Both the position numbers and the translations under genes were made by a program. This document shows positions 47,243-57,596 of a DNA stretch of 64,000 nt, one piece after another (position 1 is the stretch's first letter; each line of letters opens with the position of its first letter). A model generated the notes under the pieces. That model did no database searches and was not told where the DNA came from. It saw only the letters and a program-made list of their open reading frames with translations. The stretch comes from Cyclobacteriaceae bacterium. Its GTDB lineage: Bacteria; Bacteroidota; Bacteroidia; Cytophagales; Cyclobacteriaceae. The stretch spans positions 4,076 to 68,075 of the forward strand of contig DATJJP010000030.1 of the NCBI GenBank assembly GCA_035492075.1, in the 5' to 3' direction.

Positions 47243-48553
47243 ATGAAAGAAATCTTTTCCGCCCTTTTCGTTCTCTTTCTCTTTACGAATTCCTTTTCTC
47301 AGTTCAAGAACATAAAATTGGCCGAGCAAACAGACGACTCCTATCCGCCCGTCGAGCCGTCCATTGCCATCAATAAACTTAACCCAAATAATATTGTCGC
47401 AGGAATTGTGCTCAACCGAGTGGTGGTCAGCAATGATGGGGGCCAAACGTGGAAATCCACTGAGTTAACGTCACCGTTTGGAGTGTATGGTGACCCGGCC
47501 GTGATTTCAAACTCCAAGGGGAACTTGTTTTATTTTCATTTGGCCGACCCGAGCGGCAAGGGCCGTGGCAATGATTCTTGGCTTGACCGAATTGTATGCC
47601 ACACGTCATTGGATCAAGGGGCCACATGGAATAGTGGTGTTTCCATTGGAAACAATCCTCCCACCGATCAAGACAAAGCATGGCCTGCCGTTCACCCCAA
47701 GAAAAATGAAGTCGTCGTCACATGGACACAGTTTGACACTTACGGAAGTAAGGAAGAAGGTTGTCAGTCCAATATTCAGTTCAGCAGGTCGGGTGGCGGC
47801 AGCCGTTTCTCGAAAGCGGTTCAGGTCAATGAGATCCCCGGCGACTGCCTTGATGACGACAATACGGCGATGGGTGCCATGGCCGCCATTGGCAACGACG
47901 GGAAAATCTACGTGACCTGGGCCAATAAGGGAGCTATCTACATGGATCGTTCCTATGACGACGGAAGTACCTGGCTGTCCAGCGACATCGTCGTGACCAA
48001 GCAACTTGCGGGATGGAATCTTTCGGTCGACGGAATTCAACGCAGCAACGGGCTTCCCGTATTAGCCATTGACAACAGTCCGAGCAGGTTCCAAGGCACG
48101 CTGCATCTCCTGTGGGCAGACCAAACCAATGGACCTGACGACACGGATATTTGGATGATTAATTCACGTTCACGAGGGGACCTTTGGTCAAAGCCGTTGC
48201 GGGTGAATAAGGACGAAACCGGGACCCACCAGTTTCTCCCATGGATGACGGTAGATCAAACCAATGGCAATGTTTATGTGGTTTATTACGATCGCAGAAA
48301 TAGCAGCGACCTTCAGACCGATCTTTATCTGGCCTACTCTTTTGATGGAGGAAACAATTTCAGCGAAGTAAAAATAAGCGAGACCCCATTCACACCCGAC
48401 GCCACCAAATTTTTTGGCGATTACACCAACATCGATGCACACGCCGGTATCATCACTCCCATTTGGACTCGGATGGACAATGGAAAAACAAGCGTATGGA
48501 CGGCGATCATTAAAGAAAGTGATTTGCCGAAGCCTGCCCCAGTAAAAAAGTAA
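47243..48553 (+). CDS. secreted BNR/sialidase-fold (exo-alpha-sialidase-like) protein
   Basis: Signal peptide and four Asp-boxes (SNDGGQTW, SLDQGATW, SYDDGSTW, SFDGGNNF). Confidence 0.8.
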   Translation: MKEIFSALFVLFLFTNSFSQFKNIKLAEQTDDSYPPVEPSIAINKLNPNNIVAGIVLNRVVVSNDGGQTWKSTELTSPFGVYGDPAVISNSKGNLFYFHLADPSGKGRGNDSWLDRIVCHTSLDQGATWNSGVSIGNNPPTDQDKAWPAVHPKKNEVVVTWTQFDTYGSKEEGCQSNIQFSRSGGGSRFSKAVQVNEIPGDCLDDDNTAMGAMAAIGNDGKIYVTWANKGAIYMDRSYDDGSTWLSSDIVVTKQLAGWNLSVDGIQRSNGLPVLAIDNSPSRFQGTLHLLWADQTNGPDDTDIWMINSRSRGDLWSKPLRVNKDETGTHQFLPWMTVDQTNGNVYVVYYDRRNSSDLQTDLYLAYSFDGGNNFSEVKISETPFTPDATKFFGDYTNIDAHAGIITPIWTRMDNGKTSVWTAIIKESDLPKPAPVKK

Positions 48554-48592
48554 ATCTTTATTGACGATTCATTGAGTTAACTTGGATGTGAT

Positions 48593-49720
48593 ATGTCGCC
48601 GTCGCGCCTAGCTGTCAAAATTATTTTCTTCCTCAACGGGTTCGTTCATGCGAACTATTTCTCAAGATTACCAAGGATACAAGATCAATTTGCCATCGAC
48701 AACGGTGTGGTAGGATTGGTGCTTCTCTCATCCTCAATTGGAGCCATTCTAGCAATGCCTTTCACGGGGTGGCTGATCATTCGCAACGGAAGCAGAAAGA
48801 TCACCATTTTTGCCGCGTACTTTTATTGTTCACTCATTCCGTTTGTGCCTTGGATGCCCTCCTTGTGGAGTCTTGTCATTCTGTTTTTCCTACTCGGAGT
48901 TTCCGCCGGCATGCTCGACGTAGCCATGAATTCGCAAGCCGTAATGGTTGAAAAACAACTTCAAAAGCCGATCATGACGTCATTTCACGCGTTGTTCAGT
49001 ATCGGTATGGCGGCCGGTGGATTTGCAGGAGCGCTTTTCACCAAATTAGAAGTGGGGTTGTTCGTTCACTTCGCAATAGTATCTGGGATTAGCTTGGTAG
49101 TGGTGTTGATTGCGCGCTATTATCTCATTCACGACAGGCCCGCGATGAAGACCACGGAAGAGCCGGCCTTTCGTTTGCCAAACGCAGCAATGGTGAGCAT
49201 CGGCGTGATCGCCTTCTGTAGCATGCTTGGAGAAGGTGCAATGGCCGACTGGAGCACCAACTTTATGGAGAATATATCGCACGCGGATAAAGCACTCGCT
49301 CCCATCGGCCTTTCGGCATTTGCCGTGGCCATGACACTCGGCAGAGCTCTCGGCGATAGTGCCAGAGTGAAATTTGGGGACCGCCGTTTAATGGGTGTTT
49401 GTGGAATTATTGCTTTCATTGGAATAGCTATCGCAGTTCTGTTCACTGATCCATCAGCGGTGATCGTTGGATTTTTTGTGGTGGGGATTGGCCTTTCAGC
49501 CATCGTTCCAATCGCTTACAGTATTGCGGGTCACACAAAGGATTTGCCCCCAGGTGTAGGGCTAGCGATGGTAACCACGGTTGGTTATTCGGGGTTTTTG
49601 TTCGGTCCACCGATCATTGGGCTTATCGCACAATGGCAAAATCTTCGCGTCGCTCTCGGCTTCGTAGCAATTCTATTTTTGGTGATGACGTTCTTGAGTT
49701 TTCAGCGCAGGGGAACTTGA
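48593..49720 (+). CDS. MFS transporter
   Basis: 12 predicted TM helices with a two-fold repeat. No substrate-specific motif recognised. Confidence 0.8.
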   Translation: MSPSRLAVKIIFFLNGFVHANYFSRLPRIQDQFAIDNGVVGLVLLSSSIGAILAMPFTGWLIIRNGSRKITIFAAYFYCSLIPFVPWMPSLWSLVILFFLLGVSAGMLDVAMNSQAVMVEKQLQKPIMTSFHALFSIGMAAGGFAGALFTKLEVGLFVHFAIVSGISLVVVLIARYYLIHDRPAMKTTEEPAFRLPNAAMVSIGVIAFCSMLGEGAMADWSTNFMENISHADKALAPIGLSAFAVAMTLGRALGDSARVKFGDRRLMGVCGIIAFIGIAIAVLFTDPSAVIVGFFVVGIGLSAIVPIAYSIAGHTKDLPPGVGLAMVTTVGYSGFLFGPPIIGLIAQWQNLRVALGFVAILFLVMTFLSFQRRGT

Positions 49721-49722
49721 CC

Positions 49723-50409
49723 TCAGCACTCCTTCGAATCGGTATCACAGGTATCAGCCACCATCGTCTCACCACCAATCTCCGTTAACGCGTTAACAAA
49801 AACTTCTGCGGGCTGCGCGCCAGACACTCCATACTTATTGTTGATAATATAAAACGGAACTCCTGAGATGCCACGTTGATAATTGAGTTGTTCTTCTAGT
49901 CTCACTTCAGCCGCTAAACTGTCGCTATTCAGAAATTGTTCGGTCACCTCTGGATCCAATCCGTGTTCGCTCGCAATGCTGATCAAATTCTGAGTTTTGG
50001 TCAGGTCGATTCCCTTTTCGAAGTAAGCACTCATCAACGCTTCTTTCAACTCGGCCTGTTTGCCCTTGGTTTTTGCGAATGCGATAAGGCGATGAGATTG
50101 AAACGTGTTTGGCGAAGTCGTCTGCTTGCTGAAATCAAAGTTCAAGCCTTCTTGAGCAGCTGTCTTTGCCGTGCGGTCGGTGATTTGATGATATTGTTCT
50201 TCTCCTCCAAATTTTGCCGCCAAATACTCCTTTTGATTACGCCCTTCGGCCGGCATCGTTGGATTTAGCTCAAAGGGGTGATACTCCACTTCAAAATCGA
50301 AGTCATTTTTTAGTTTATCGATCGCCTTTTCAATCCTGCGCTTGCCGATATAACACCAGGGGCACACCACATCAGAAACTACGTCTATTTTTATCAACGG
50401 TTTTGTCAT
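49723..50409 (-). CDS. DsbA-family oxidoreductase (FrnE-like)
   Basis: IDVVSDVVCPWCYIGKRR thioredoxin-fold CPxC motif and GVPFYIIN C-terminal motif. Confidence 0.88.
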   Translation of the reverse strand: MTKPLIKIDVVSDVVCPWCYIGKRRIEKAIDKLKNDFDFEVEYHPFELNPTMPAEGRNQKEYLAAKFGGEEQYHQITDRTAKTAAQEGLNFDFSKQTTSPNTFQSHRLIAFAKTKGKQAELKEALMSAYFEKGIDLTKTQNLISIASEHGLDPEVTEQFLNSDSLAAEVRLEEQLNYQRGISGVPFYIINNKYGVSGAQPAEVFVNALTEIGGETMVADTCDTDSKEC

Positions 50410-50520
50410 TTTTCGCGTTTGCGCTAAAAAACACTCGTTTGCATGGGAAGGTTCAAATTATCCCATGACAACTTCCACGTTAAACAAATGTTAGCCCCTT
50501 CCCGCGCACCCGTTTTGCCT

Positions 50521-50528
50521 TATCTTTG
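50521..50528 (+). promoter_or_regulatory. candidate -7 box TATCTTTG
   Basis: Exact TAnnTTTG 29 nt upstream of the ahcY ATG. Confidence 0.35.
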
Positions 50529-50557
50529 CATCACTCAAGAAATAAAACACACAAAAT

Positions 50558-51862
50558 ATGGTAGCAGAGAAAGTTGCTTACAAGGTAAAAGACATGTCGC
50601 TGGCCGCTTGGGGCCGCAAGGAAATTAAATTGGCGGAGGCAGAAATGCCAGGTTTGATGGCCATCCGCGAGGAGTTTGGCGCAAAGAAGCCCCTGAAAGG
50701 CGCTCGCATCGCCGGATGCTTGCACATGACTATCCAAACTGCAGTACTGATAGAAACCTTGAAAGAGCTTGGCGCTGAAGTGAGCTGGAGCTCATGCAAT
50801 ATTTTTTCAACACAGGATCACGCGGCCGCTGCGATTGCCGCTGCCGGAACACCTGTTTACGCTTGGAAAGGCATGAACGAGAAGGAATTTGACTGGTGTA
50901 TAGAACAGACCATGCATGCATTTGAAGGCAGCAAGCCTTTGAACATGATTTTGGATGACGGCGGCGACCTCACCAACATGGTACTCGATCGCTTTCCTGA
51001 GTTGGTTGCCGGTATCAAGGGGATTTCGGAAGAGACCACGACCGGCGTTCACCGCTTGATCGAACGCAGCCATAACGGCAAACTCCCGTTGCCTGCGATC
51101 AACATCAACGACTCTGTAACAAAATCGAAATTCGATAACAAATACGGTTGCAAAGAATCCCTGGTGGACGCGATCCGCAGAGCTACCGACGTTATGATGG
51201 CTGGTAAAATTGCTGTTGTTGCTGGTTATGGTGATGTAGGTAAAGGTTCTGCTGCTTCATTGCGTGGGGCTGGTGCTCGCGTGATCGTGACTGAAATCGA
51301 CCCGATCTGTGCGCTGCAGGCTGCCATGGATGGATTCGCCGTGAAGAAAATGGACGACGCTGTGAAAGAAGCCGACATCGTTGTAACAGCCACCGGCAAC
51401 TTCGGAATCGTGCTCGACCGTCACTTCTTGAACATGAAAGACAAAGCGATCGTTTGTAACATCGGTCACTTCGACAACGAAATCGATGTGGCGTGGTTGA
51501 ACAAAAACGCAACGAAAGATGAAGTAAAACCACAAGTTGACCTTTACACATTGAAAAATGGTCGTCAGGTTATTTTGTTGGCAGAAGGACGCTTGGTGAA
51601 CTTGGGCTGTGCTACTGGGCACCCTTCGTTTGTGATGAGCAATTCGTTCACCAACCAAACGCTGGCTCAATTGGAGCTTTGGACAAACAGCGGAAAATAC
51701 GAAAACAAAGTCTACATGCTGCCTAAGCACTTGGATGAAAAAGTAGCCCAGTTGCATTTGAAGAAAATTGGTGTTGAGTTGGATACACTTACCACCGACC
51801 AAGCGAAATATATAGGCGTGGAAGTGAAAGGGCCGTTCAAGCCTGACTACTACCGCTATTAA
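50558..51862 (+). CDS. ahcY: adenosylhomocysteinase
   Basis: [19 protein letters not shown]-binding [12 protein letters not shown], and GHFDNEID. Confidence 0.97.
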   Translation: MVAEKVAYKVKDMSLAAWGRKEIKLAEAEMPGLMAIREEFGAKKPLKGARIAGCLHMTIQTAVLIETLKELGAEVSWSSCNIFSTQDHAAAAIAAAGTPVYAWKGMNEKEFDWCIEQTMHAFEGSKPLNMILDDGGDLTNMVLDRFPELVAGIKGISEETTTGVHRLIERSHNGKLPLPAININDSVTKSKFDNKYGCKESLVDAIRRATDVMMAGKIAVVAGYGDVGKGSAASLRGAGARVIVTEIDPICALQAAMDGFAVKKMDDAVKEADIVVTATGNFGIVLDRHFLNMKDKAIVCNIGHFDNEIDVAWLNKNATKDEVKPQVDLYTLKNGRQVILLAEGRLVNLGCATGHPSFVMSNSFTNQTLAQLELWTNSGKYENKVYMLPKHLDEKVAQLHLKKIGVELDTLTTDQAKYIGVEVKGPFKPDYYRY

Positions 51863-51901
51863 TCTCGAGAGAGCTTCACTCTCTGCTTGCAAATAGAGAG
51901 T

Positions 51902-51929
51902 CCCCAAGGTAAAAGCCTTGGGGTTTTTT
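51902..51929 (+). terminator. rho-independent terminator of ahcY
   Basis: CCCCAAGG-taaaag-CCTTGGGG followed by T6. Confidence 0.85.
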
Positions 51930-51940
51930 ATTTTATGGAG

Positions 51941-52630
51941 TTACGGCTTTTCTTTGACCCCCATGATCAGCAGCCACAAACAAATTCCTATCTCGCCCAA
52001 GCTACCCGGAACGGTGATCGCTTTCGAAAGGACAGAGCCTTCATAATCTGTGAAAAAGAAGTTACCTATAAAGTTGATGAGGTAGCCAAAACAGCCGAAC
52101 ATCAAGAAAACTCCTATTGCTTTTGGGAGAAACCCTGACTTGTACACCAAATAGCCAAAAGGGAAGAGCCATAGTCCCCAAAAAATGGAAGCGAGCAGGT
52201 TGCCGTTGCCATAGTAATCAAGGTGCAATAAAATCTGTGTGTGCACTTGAGCAACGTCAACACCGTTGAGGTAGTTTGCATTACTGAGCAACGTGAGCAC
52301 GGCAAACTTGTGAAGTATATTGGTTAAGGAAATGGGCACACTCAATACGGCAAAGGATACCATCAATATCGCCTGCATCTTATTCACTGGGCTTAATAGC
52401 TTGTACAATACCAATGGCAATAGACCAAAAAAAAGGTAGCCAAAAAAAGCCACGAATATCCCCAGGCGGAATAATGTCTCATGAGCAATAATGTTGCTGA
52501 TCATCTGTTCGGGGTTGTTCCAATCCGACAACTGTTTGGGAACATACATCAGAGAAAAAAGTCCGCTAAGAACAACGAGCAGGTACAACGCGCCGGCTAC
52601 TCGCGCAGTTTGTTTCGGTGATTCCATCAT
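51941..52630 (-). CDS. DUF4386 family membrane protein
   Basis: Start at MMESPKQTARVAGALYLLVV. Six TM helices, typical of DUF4386. Confidence 0.7.
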   Translation of the reverse strand: MMESPKQTARVAGALYLLVVLSGLFSLMYVPKQLSDWNNPEQMISNIIAHETLFRLGIFVAFFGYLFFGLLPLVLYKLLSPVNKMQAILMVSFAVLSVPISLTNILHKFAVLTLLSNANYLNGVDVAQVHTQILLHLDYYGNGNLLASIFWGLWLFPFGYLVYKSGFLPKAIGVFLMFGCFGYLINFIGNFFFTDYEGSVLSKAITVPGSLGEIGICLWLLIMGVKEKP

Positions 52631-52719
52631 GATGGATTTGGTGTTTAATTTGAAAAGACGCTCCCAAAAGGCAAACGTTACGACCAGACATAGCATCCTG
52701 AAAACCAGGAATGGATTCT

Positions 52720-55344
52720 CTATTCTACCTTCAGGCCATCCACGGGATTCATCTTCTGCACTTTTCTGATTTGGGCGAACACGGTTGACAGAAGGATCAA
52801 AATCAAAATCACTACCGCCAATATACTAGAAGAAAATCCCACGGGCATGTGATACGGGAATGACGTTTCAAACAACATTTTTGTTAAGACAAAACCGAGA
52901 GGGGCACCCACGATAAGCGCTAATACGAACAAAACAAGATATTGGTTGATAATGTTGGCCGCTATGCTCTTAATGCCCGCACCCATTACCTTACGAATAC
53001 TGAATTCTCTAATTCGACCGGCTACATTGAGTGTGATGAGACCATATAATCCCAGCACGGCAAGTGACACTGCAATGAATGTGAACACGCTCCACACGAT
53101 TTTATATATGCGATTTGCTTCGAAGTAGCCAGCCCACACATCTTCTTGAAATCCACCTTCAAAAGGAATCTCCGGGAACAGTTTTGCCCAATTCGCTTGC
53201 ATTGCCTTGAAGGTTTCAACTTCCGACCCCTCTCTCACCTTTAGCGTTAAGAAACGATAATCATTTTTATCGGCAACGGTAAAAATGGTTGGCTTGATGG
53301 GTTTTGAAAAACTGTAGCTGTGAAAATCCTTAACTACACCAATCACTTCATATTGCACGCTGTCGATTTGAAAATGCTGATCCACGGCGTTTGCCCACGC
53401 CATGTTCTTGGCCATAAGTTCATTGATGATGACAGCATGCTTGTCGGCATTGTCATGATTCTTAAACAACCTCCCCTGCTCGATTTTCAACCCCATCGTT
53501 TCAAAATAGTGTGCATCTACCATCATCTGATCAACTTCCACTTCTCTTTCCGGAAAGTGTAACACAACGGTTCCGTTGGTTTTACCGAGGTGATGACTTG
53601 AGCCAGAGATGGAGACAATATCTTTGTTTCGCAACATCAACGCGTATAATTCTTCGTATCCGTCTTTATCTGGAATTTGAGCGTACATGGTCTGCGCGTG
53701 ATCGTAGCCCCAGCTTCTCTTCGCCATGTATGAATTGTTTTGTGTGAACATGACCGACATCGTAATGAAGACACAAGCCAACGCCAACTGCGCACACAAG
53801 AAAATTTTTGTCATGGAATTCCGCTGCCCAAATTTTATCGATCCCTTTAAAATTCCCACCACTTGAAATCGGGAAATATATAATGATGGATATATTCCGG
53901 ACGCAACACTCGTCATGACTAGAATGATCGGTAGATAAATCCAAAGATTAGGATCGGTGAGTTTGAAGCCCATGTTGAAATGCCACATTTGCTCGAAGCC
54001 CGGAATGAAAAACGTCATACCCAAAGTGACCCCAACGATCAACGCAAAGAAGGTGACTACTACATTTTCAGCCAAGAACTGGAATATGACCAGTCCTCTC
54101 GTTGCTCCGATGGTCTTTCTCAATCCAATTTCCTTTAATCTTTTCGCGGCCGTGGCAATTGCAATATTGATATAATTGAAACACGCCAATGCCATTATCA
54201 ACACTGCAATGATGCACATGTAGACGATCGAGGCATAGTTGCTGGACGAACTCCTTGAAATATCATCTCGAATAAACTCAGACCTTTTGTGCAGTGTGGC
54301 GAGCGGCTCGAAAGCAAAAGAGGAAAGTGCCCAATCCTTTTGCACTGCTTCGTTTTGCACCTTCCTGTACTTCTCCATGCTCTGCTCGATAATTTTCAAG
54401 TCGTTCGGTTCGTTCAGTTGCACGAATGTCGCGTTGACAAATGCATTCCAGTCATGAAAATCATAATTCGGATCAGTGGTACGTAAATTGTCGTAGTTGA
54501 TCAAAAAATCGAAGCTGATAGTGCGGGCTTGCGGGAATTCCTTCGCCACTCCCGTGACCTTAAAAGACTTGCTCAACGACTCGCCATGGGCACCTGTTCC
54601 GAAAATCATAAGGATGTCCAAGCCTACCGGATTGGCCGCACCAAAATATTTGGTCGCCATATCTTCGCTAAGCACGATGCTGCTCACATCTTTGAGTGAA
54701 TTCGTGGTTCCCCATTTTAACGGGAACGTAAACATCTCCAAAAACGCGGGATCAACGTACCTGACGCGCTCGTGAAAAACATAATCTTTGTACTTCATCA
54801 CCACGTTGCGGTCTTCCACTCTACACATGTTACGGACCTGCGCAAAGTCTTCTTTTATCATCTCGCCCAAAGGTCTGGGACTGCGGCCAAACTGCTGCGG
54901 CACACCGTCACGGTTGGCAAAAAAAGTAATGAGATAAACTTCGCTCTTGTGCTCGTGAAATTGATCCGTGCCGAACGTCCAGGCGGCAAAGGCGTAGGCA
55001 AAAACACAAATGCCAATGGCGGCCGACAAACCAAAAACGTTGATGAAAGAGTTCAGCGGGTTCTTCATCAACCCTCTGAGCGAGACTTTGAAGTAGTTTT
55101 TCAGCATGGCATATTGATTTATTTTTTCAAGCACCTCCAAGTTCCTCACCAGAATCGGCCGCCACAGTTTGAGCATCTCCCACGTGTAAATTCTCCGCGC
55201 TCTTCTCGCCGATAGTTGCTCTACGTTGTCGTAGAATATTTCCTCCATGTCTCCTTCAATCTCTTCAAGGTATCTTTCTTTCACGAACAGGCGCAAAAGT
55301 CGCAAAGGCCACCGAGGCGGAACTATAGGTTTCGGTTCGATCAT
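52720..55344 (-). CDS. FtsX/MacB-type ABC transporter permease with N-terminal permease-prefix domain
   Basis: Two FtsX modules (KEIGLRKTIGA, REFSIRKVMGA) and two MacB-like periplasmic domains. N-terminal PPRWPLRLLRLF..EEIEGDMEE prefix. Start placed at MIEPKP, giving an ATGA overlap with the padR stop. Confidence 0.88.
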   Translation of the reverse strand: MIEPKPIVPPRWPLRLLRLFVKERYLEEIEGDMEEIFYDNVEQLSARRARRIYTWEMLKLWRPILVRNLEVLEKINQYAMLKNYFKVSLRGLMKNPLNSFINVFGLSAAIGICVFAYAFAAWTFGTDQFHEHKSEVYLITFFANRDGVPQQFGRSPRPLGEMIKEDFAQVRNMCRVEDRNVVMKYKDYVFHERVRYVDPAFLEMFTFPLKWGTTNSLKDVSSIVLSEDMATKYFGAANPVGLDILMIFGTGAHGESLSKSFKVTGVAKEFPQARTISFDFLINYDNLRTTDPNYDFHDWNAFVNATFVQLNEPNDLKIIEQSMEKYRKVQNEAVQKDWALSSFAFEPLATLHKRSEFIRDDISRSSSSNYASIVYMCIIAVLIMALACFNYINIAIATAAKRLKEIGLRKTIGATRGLVIFQFLAENVVVTFFALIVGVTLGMTFFIPGFEQMWHFNMGFKLTDPNLWIYLPIILVMTSVASGIYPSLYISRFQVVGILKGSIKFGQRNSMTKIFLCAQLALACVFITMSVMFTQNNSYMAKRSWGYDHAQTMYAQIPDKDGYEELYALMLRNKDIVSISGSSHHLGKTNGTVVLHFPEREVEVDQMMVDAHYFETMGLKIEQGRLFKNHDNADKHAVIINELMAKNMAWANAVDQHFQIDSVQYEVIGVVKDFHSYSFSKPIKPTIFTVADKNDYRFLTLKVREGSEVETFKAMQANWAKLFPEIPFEGGFQEDVWAGYFEANRIYKIVWSVFTFIAVSLAVLGLYGLITLNVAGRIREFSIRKVMGAGIKSIAANIINQYLVLFVLALIVGAPLGFVLTKMLFETSFPYHMPVGFSSSILAVVILILILLSTVFAQIRKVQKMNPVDGLKVE

Positions 55345-55682
55345 CGGACTGATCTGAGTTCGTAGGCAAGTTTGGGAATGGCGCTCCACAAACCCGCTCT
55401 GATTTCCTTCATGTCGGCAAGTACTTTGTGCCCATGTGATGTAGTAGTGTAAATGCGTTTGCGTTTCCCTCCCCTGCGCTGGGTTGCTTCGCCAAATTCG
55501 GAAGTAAGAAATCCCTTTTCTTCCATACGTTTGAGCGCCGACTGAATGGACCCAACACTCAACCTCTCCTTCAAGCGTTTTTCTAGTTCGCGTTTGATCT
55601 CCACCCCGTAAGCATCCTTGTGGAGCGCAGCCACAGCCAACAAAACCAACTCCTCAAACTCTCCGAGCTTAGTAATCTTCAT
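55341..55682 (-). CDS. PadR family transcriptional regulator
   Basis: Winged-helix EELVLLAV...DAYGVEIKRELE...SVGSIQSALKRMEEKGFL. Confidence 0.9.
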   Translation of the reverse strand: MKITKLGEFEELVLLAVAALHKDAYGVEIKRELEKRLKERLSVGSIQSALKRMEEKGFLTSEFGEATQRRGGKRKRIYTTTSHGHKVLADMKEIRAGLWSAIPKLAYELRSVR

Positions 55683-55691
55683 GTGTTATTA

Positions 55692-55739
55692 TTCGTAATT
55701 GCAGTAAATATAGTTGCATATTTTGTTCGTAATTGCAGT
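55692..55739. promoter_or_regulatory. two 14-bp direct repeats TTCGTAATTGCAGT (55692-55705, 55726-55739): probable PadR operator
   Basis: Perfect 14-mer repeated with a 34-bp period, 10-57 nt upstream of the padR ATG. A -7-like TATATTTA lies between the copies on the minus strand. Confidence 0.55.
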
Positions 55740-55794
55740 TTTTATTGAAAATTTTAGAAGCACATTGATTTTAAGCCTGAAACAAAGGTTTTTG

Positions 55795-56607
55795 TTAGGC
55801 CTTTTTTCCCACCGCCATGATGTGAAGGCTCATGGCCATAAGGTCCTGGTTATCTTCCACCAGTCGGATTGTCGAAATCAGTCGGTCCATGTAGGACGCA
55901 TCCTTGGTCTTCTCTTTGAAGTTCTTTACAATCCACCCAAAGCTTTCGATCGCAACGAGCTTGTCAAATCCTAAGCCGCTGTCAATGACTTCAGACTGAA
56001 TCTCTGCGGGTGTGTGAAAATAGGCCGTGGTAAAATAGTCTAACTTGTTGGTCTCGTTTCGATGAACTCCCTTGTCAATATCATCTGTCATCAACTTGAA
56101 AAATTGATCATCAATTACGAGATCGCGCTGAAAGCCGTCGAATACTGAGGCATAACGCGAAATCACTGCTGCCAACAAAAATCCTCCTTGTTTCAAGACG
56201 CGTTTCGCTTCTGCAAGCGCCTTCACCCTCGCACTTCGATCTGTCAAATGGTAGAGAGGACCAAGGAGTAACACCAAGTCAAAATGATTGTCGGGAAACG
56301 GGAGGTTGACAGCGTCGCCCACTTTAGTGTCTGACAATTTTATCCCTGTGGCGTTCGAATGCAGTTGAGCCAGCTCAATATTTCGCGGCGTCAAATCAAG
56401 TAGGGTGACTTGGTGTCCTTTGCTTTGAAGCCAAAACGAATAGTAACCTGCACCACCGCCGACATCCAGAATTTGAAGGTTGCCCTTTGATAGATACCTC
56501 TCGATGATTTCCTTCGTCCTTATTCCTTCCAACAAAAAAAACTCTGAGTCCAGCCTATTTGCTTCGATGTCTTTGGCATAATAGTCTTTGATCTTGTCCT
56601 GCTCCAT
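55795..56607 (-). CDS. class I SAM-dependent methyltransferase
   Basis: Motif I ILDVGGGAGYYS and post-I acidic LLDL. Confidence 0.85.
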   Translation of the reverse strand: MEQDKIKDYYAKDIEANRLDSEFFLLEGIRTKEIIERYLSKGNLQILDVGGGAGYYSFWLQSKGHQVTLLDLTPRNIELAQLHSNATGIKLSDTKVGDAVNLPFPDNHFDLVLLLGPLYHLTDRSARVKALAEAKRVLKQGGFLLAAVISRYASVFDGFQRDLVIDDQFFKLMTDDIDKGVHRNETNKLDYFTTAYFHTPAEIQSEVIDSGLGFDKLVAIESFGWIVKNFKEKTKDASYMDRLISTIRLVEDNQDLMAMSLHIMAVGKKA

Positions 56608-56616
56608 TTGCTAAGG

Positions 56617-57084
56617 TCATTGTTTCAATCTTACATACTTCTCGATATTGATCCTATTGACGCCCACTTTTTCGACTTTCTCCACTCCGCTTTGAATCAA
56701 CGTGTCATTTTTTATTTTGACAACAAACGTAAAATCGTTGCCTTCCCACTGTCGGTCGCTGCAGTACTCGAGATGTTCCATGTACAAACTGTCGTGCAAC
56801 GAATAACTTCCGCCCCCTGAACCAAATACCGGGTCTCTCCCCTCTCCTTTTGTTAAATCATGGTGCAAAAAAGTAAAATGAGTATTGTTGATTACCTTGA
56901 TGAAAGACGTATTGCGGGTGTAGTCGGTGACCGTAGTGTCATTTTTTTCAATCAGTATCCCTTCCAACAACTTCCACGTTCCGACAATAGGAATCACGCC
57001 AGGTCGATCTTCCTTTTTCTGCTCGCAAGCCACAAACGCCACGAAGGCAGTCAGGATTAATGTGTTAGCTGTAAAGAATTTCAT
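56617..57084 (-). CDS. lipoprotein with lipocalin-like domain (hypothetical)
   Basis: Lipobox FVAC, then GTWKLLEG, which is typical of lipocalin-like beta-barrels. Confidence 0.6.
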   Translation of the reverse strand: MKFFTANTLILTAFVAFVACEQKKEDRPGVIPIVGTWKLLEGILIEKNDTTVTDYTRNTSFIKVINNTHFTFLHHDLTKGEGRDPVFGSGGGSYSLHDSLYMEHLEYCSDRQWEGNDFTFVVKIKNDTLIQSGVEKVEKVGVNRINIEKYVRLKQ

Positions 57085-57091
57085 TATCGTA

Positions 57092-57502
57092 TTACCCTAC
57101 TCTTTTTGCTTTGTACCCTTCCTTCGTCAGCGCTTGCACTACTTTATCTCTCAAATCGCCCTGCAAAATAATCTCTCCGTCTTTTGCCGAACCGCCGACG
57201 CCGCATTTTGTCTTCAACAATTTCGTCAGTGTTTCCAAGTCGCTTGTTTTCCCCACAAAACCCGTGACCAGCGTGACTTGCTTCCCCGCCCTTCCACTTT
57301 TATCTAAAATTACACGCAAGTTCTGCTGCTGTTTGGGCGCAGTTTCAGCTTCATGTGACCCTTGCAACTCGTATTGAAAATCGGTGTTGGTAGAATAAAC
57401 TACGCCTTCTCGATTTTTCCATTCATTTTTTTTACCCATGTGTGAACTATGATTTTTTCCGTTGTCAACTTGGTCCGCTAGCTGATTCGCCATGCTTTGC
57501 AA
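57092..57502 (-). CDS. SUI1/eIF1-family translation initiation factor (YciH-like)
   Basis: RAGKQVTLVTGF...LKTKCGVGGSAKDGEIILQGDLRDKV matches the SUI1 domain. Confidence 0.85.
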   Translation of the reverse strand: MQSMANQLADQVDNGKNHSSHMGKKNEWKNREGVVYSTNTDFQYELQGSHEAETAPKQQQNLRVILDKSGRAGKQVTLVTGFVGKTSDLETLTKLLKTKCGVGGSAKDGEIILQGDLRDKVVQALTKEGYKAKRVG

Positions 57503-57596
57503 AACTAATGATTCGAATGAATCCCTAAACGCGGACCTCGCATAAATTGTATTCCTGAGGAATCATCCAAATCAAAAATGCAGGGAGCAAGACAGG

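Noticed and set aside
50410-50557. Possible SAH/SAM riboswitch upstream of ahcY
   Set aside because: I see only a 7-bp hairpin (CATGGGA...TCCCATG) and a GGGAAGG/CCTTCCC complementarity. I could not recognise the conserved core of the SAH riboswitch. A -7 box 29 nt before the ATG leaves a leader too short for a riboswitch. An Infernal scan would settle it.
51257-51907. 216-aa ORF antisense to ahcY, plus 119-aa, 88-aa and 60-aa antisense ORFs in the same gene
   Set aside because: They lie fully inside the unambiguous adenosylhomocysteinase gene on the opposite strand. Their composition is low-complexity (Arg/Ser/Cys-rich) with no motifs. These are typical shadow ORFs.
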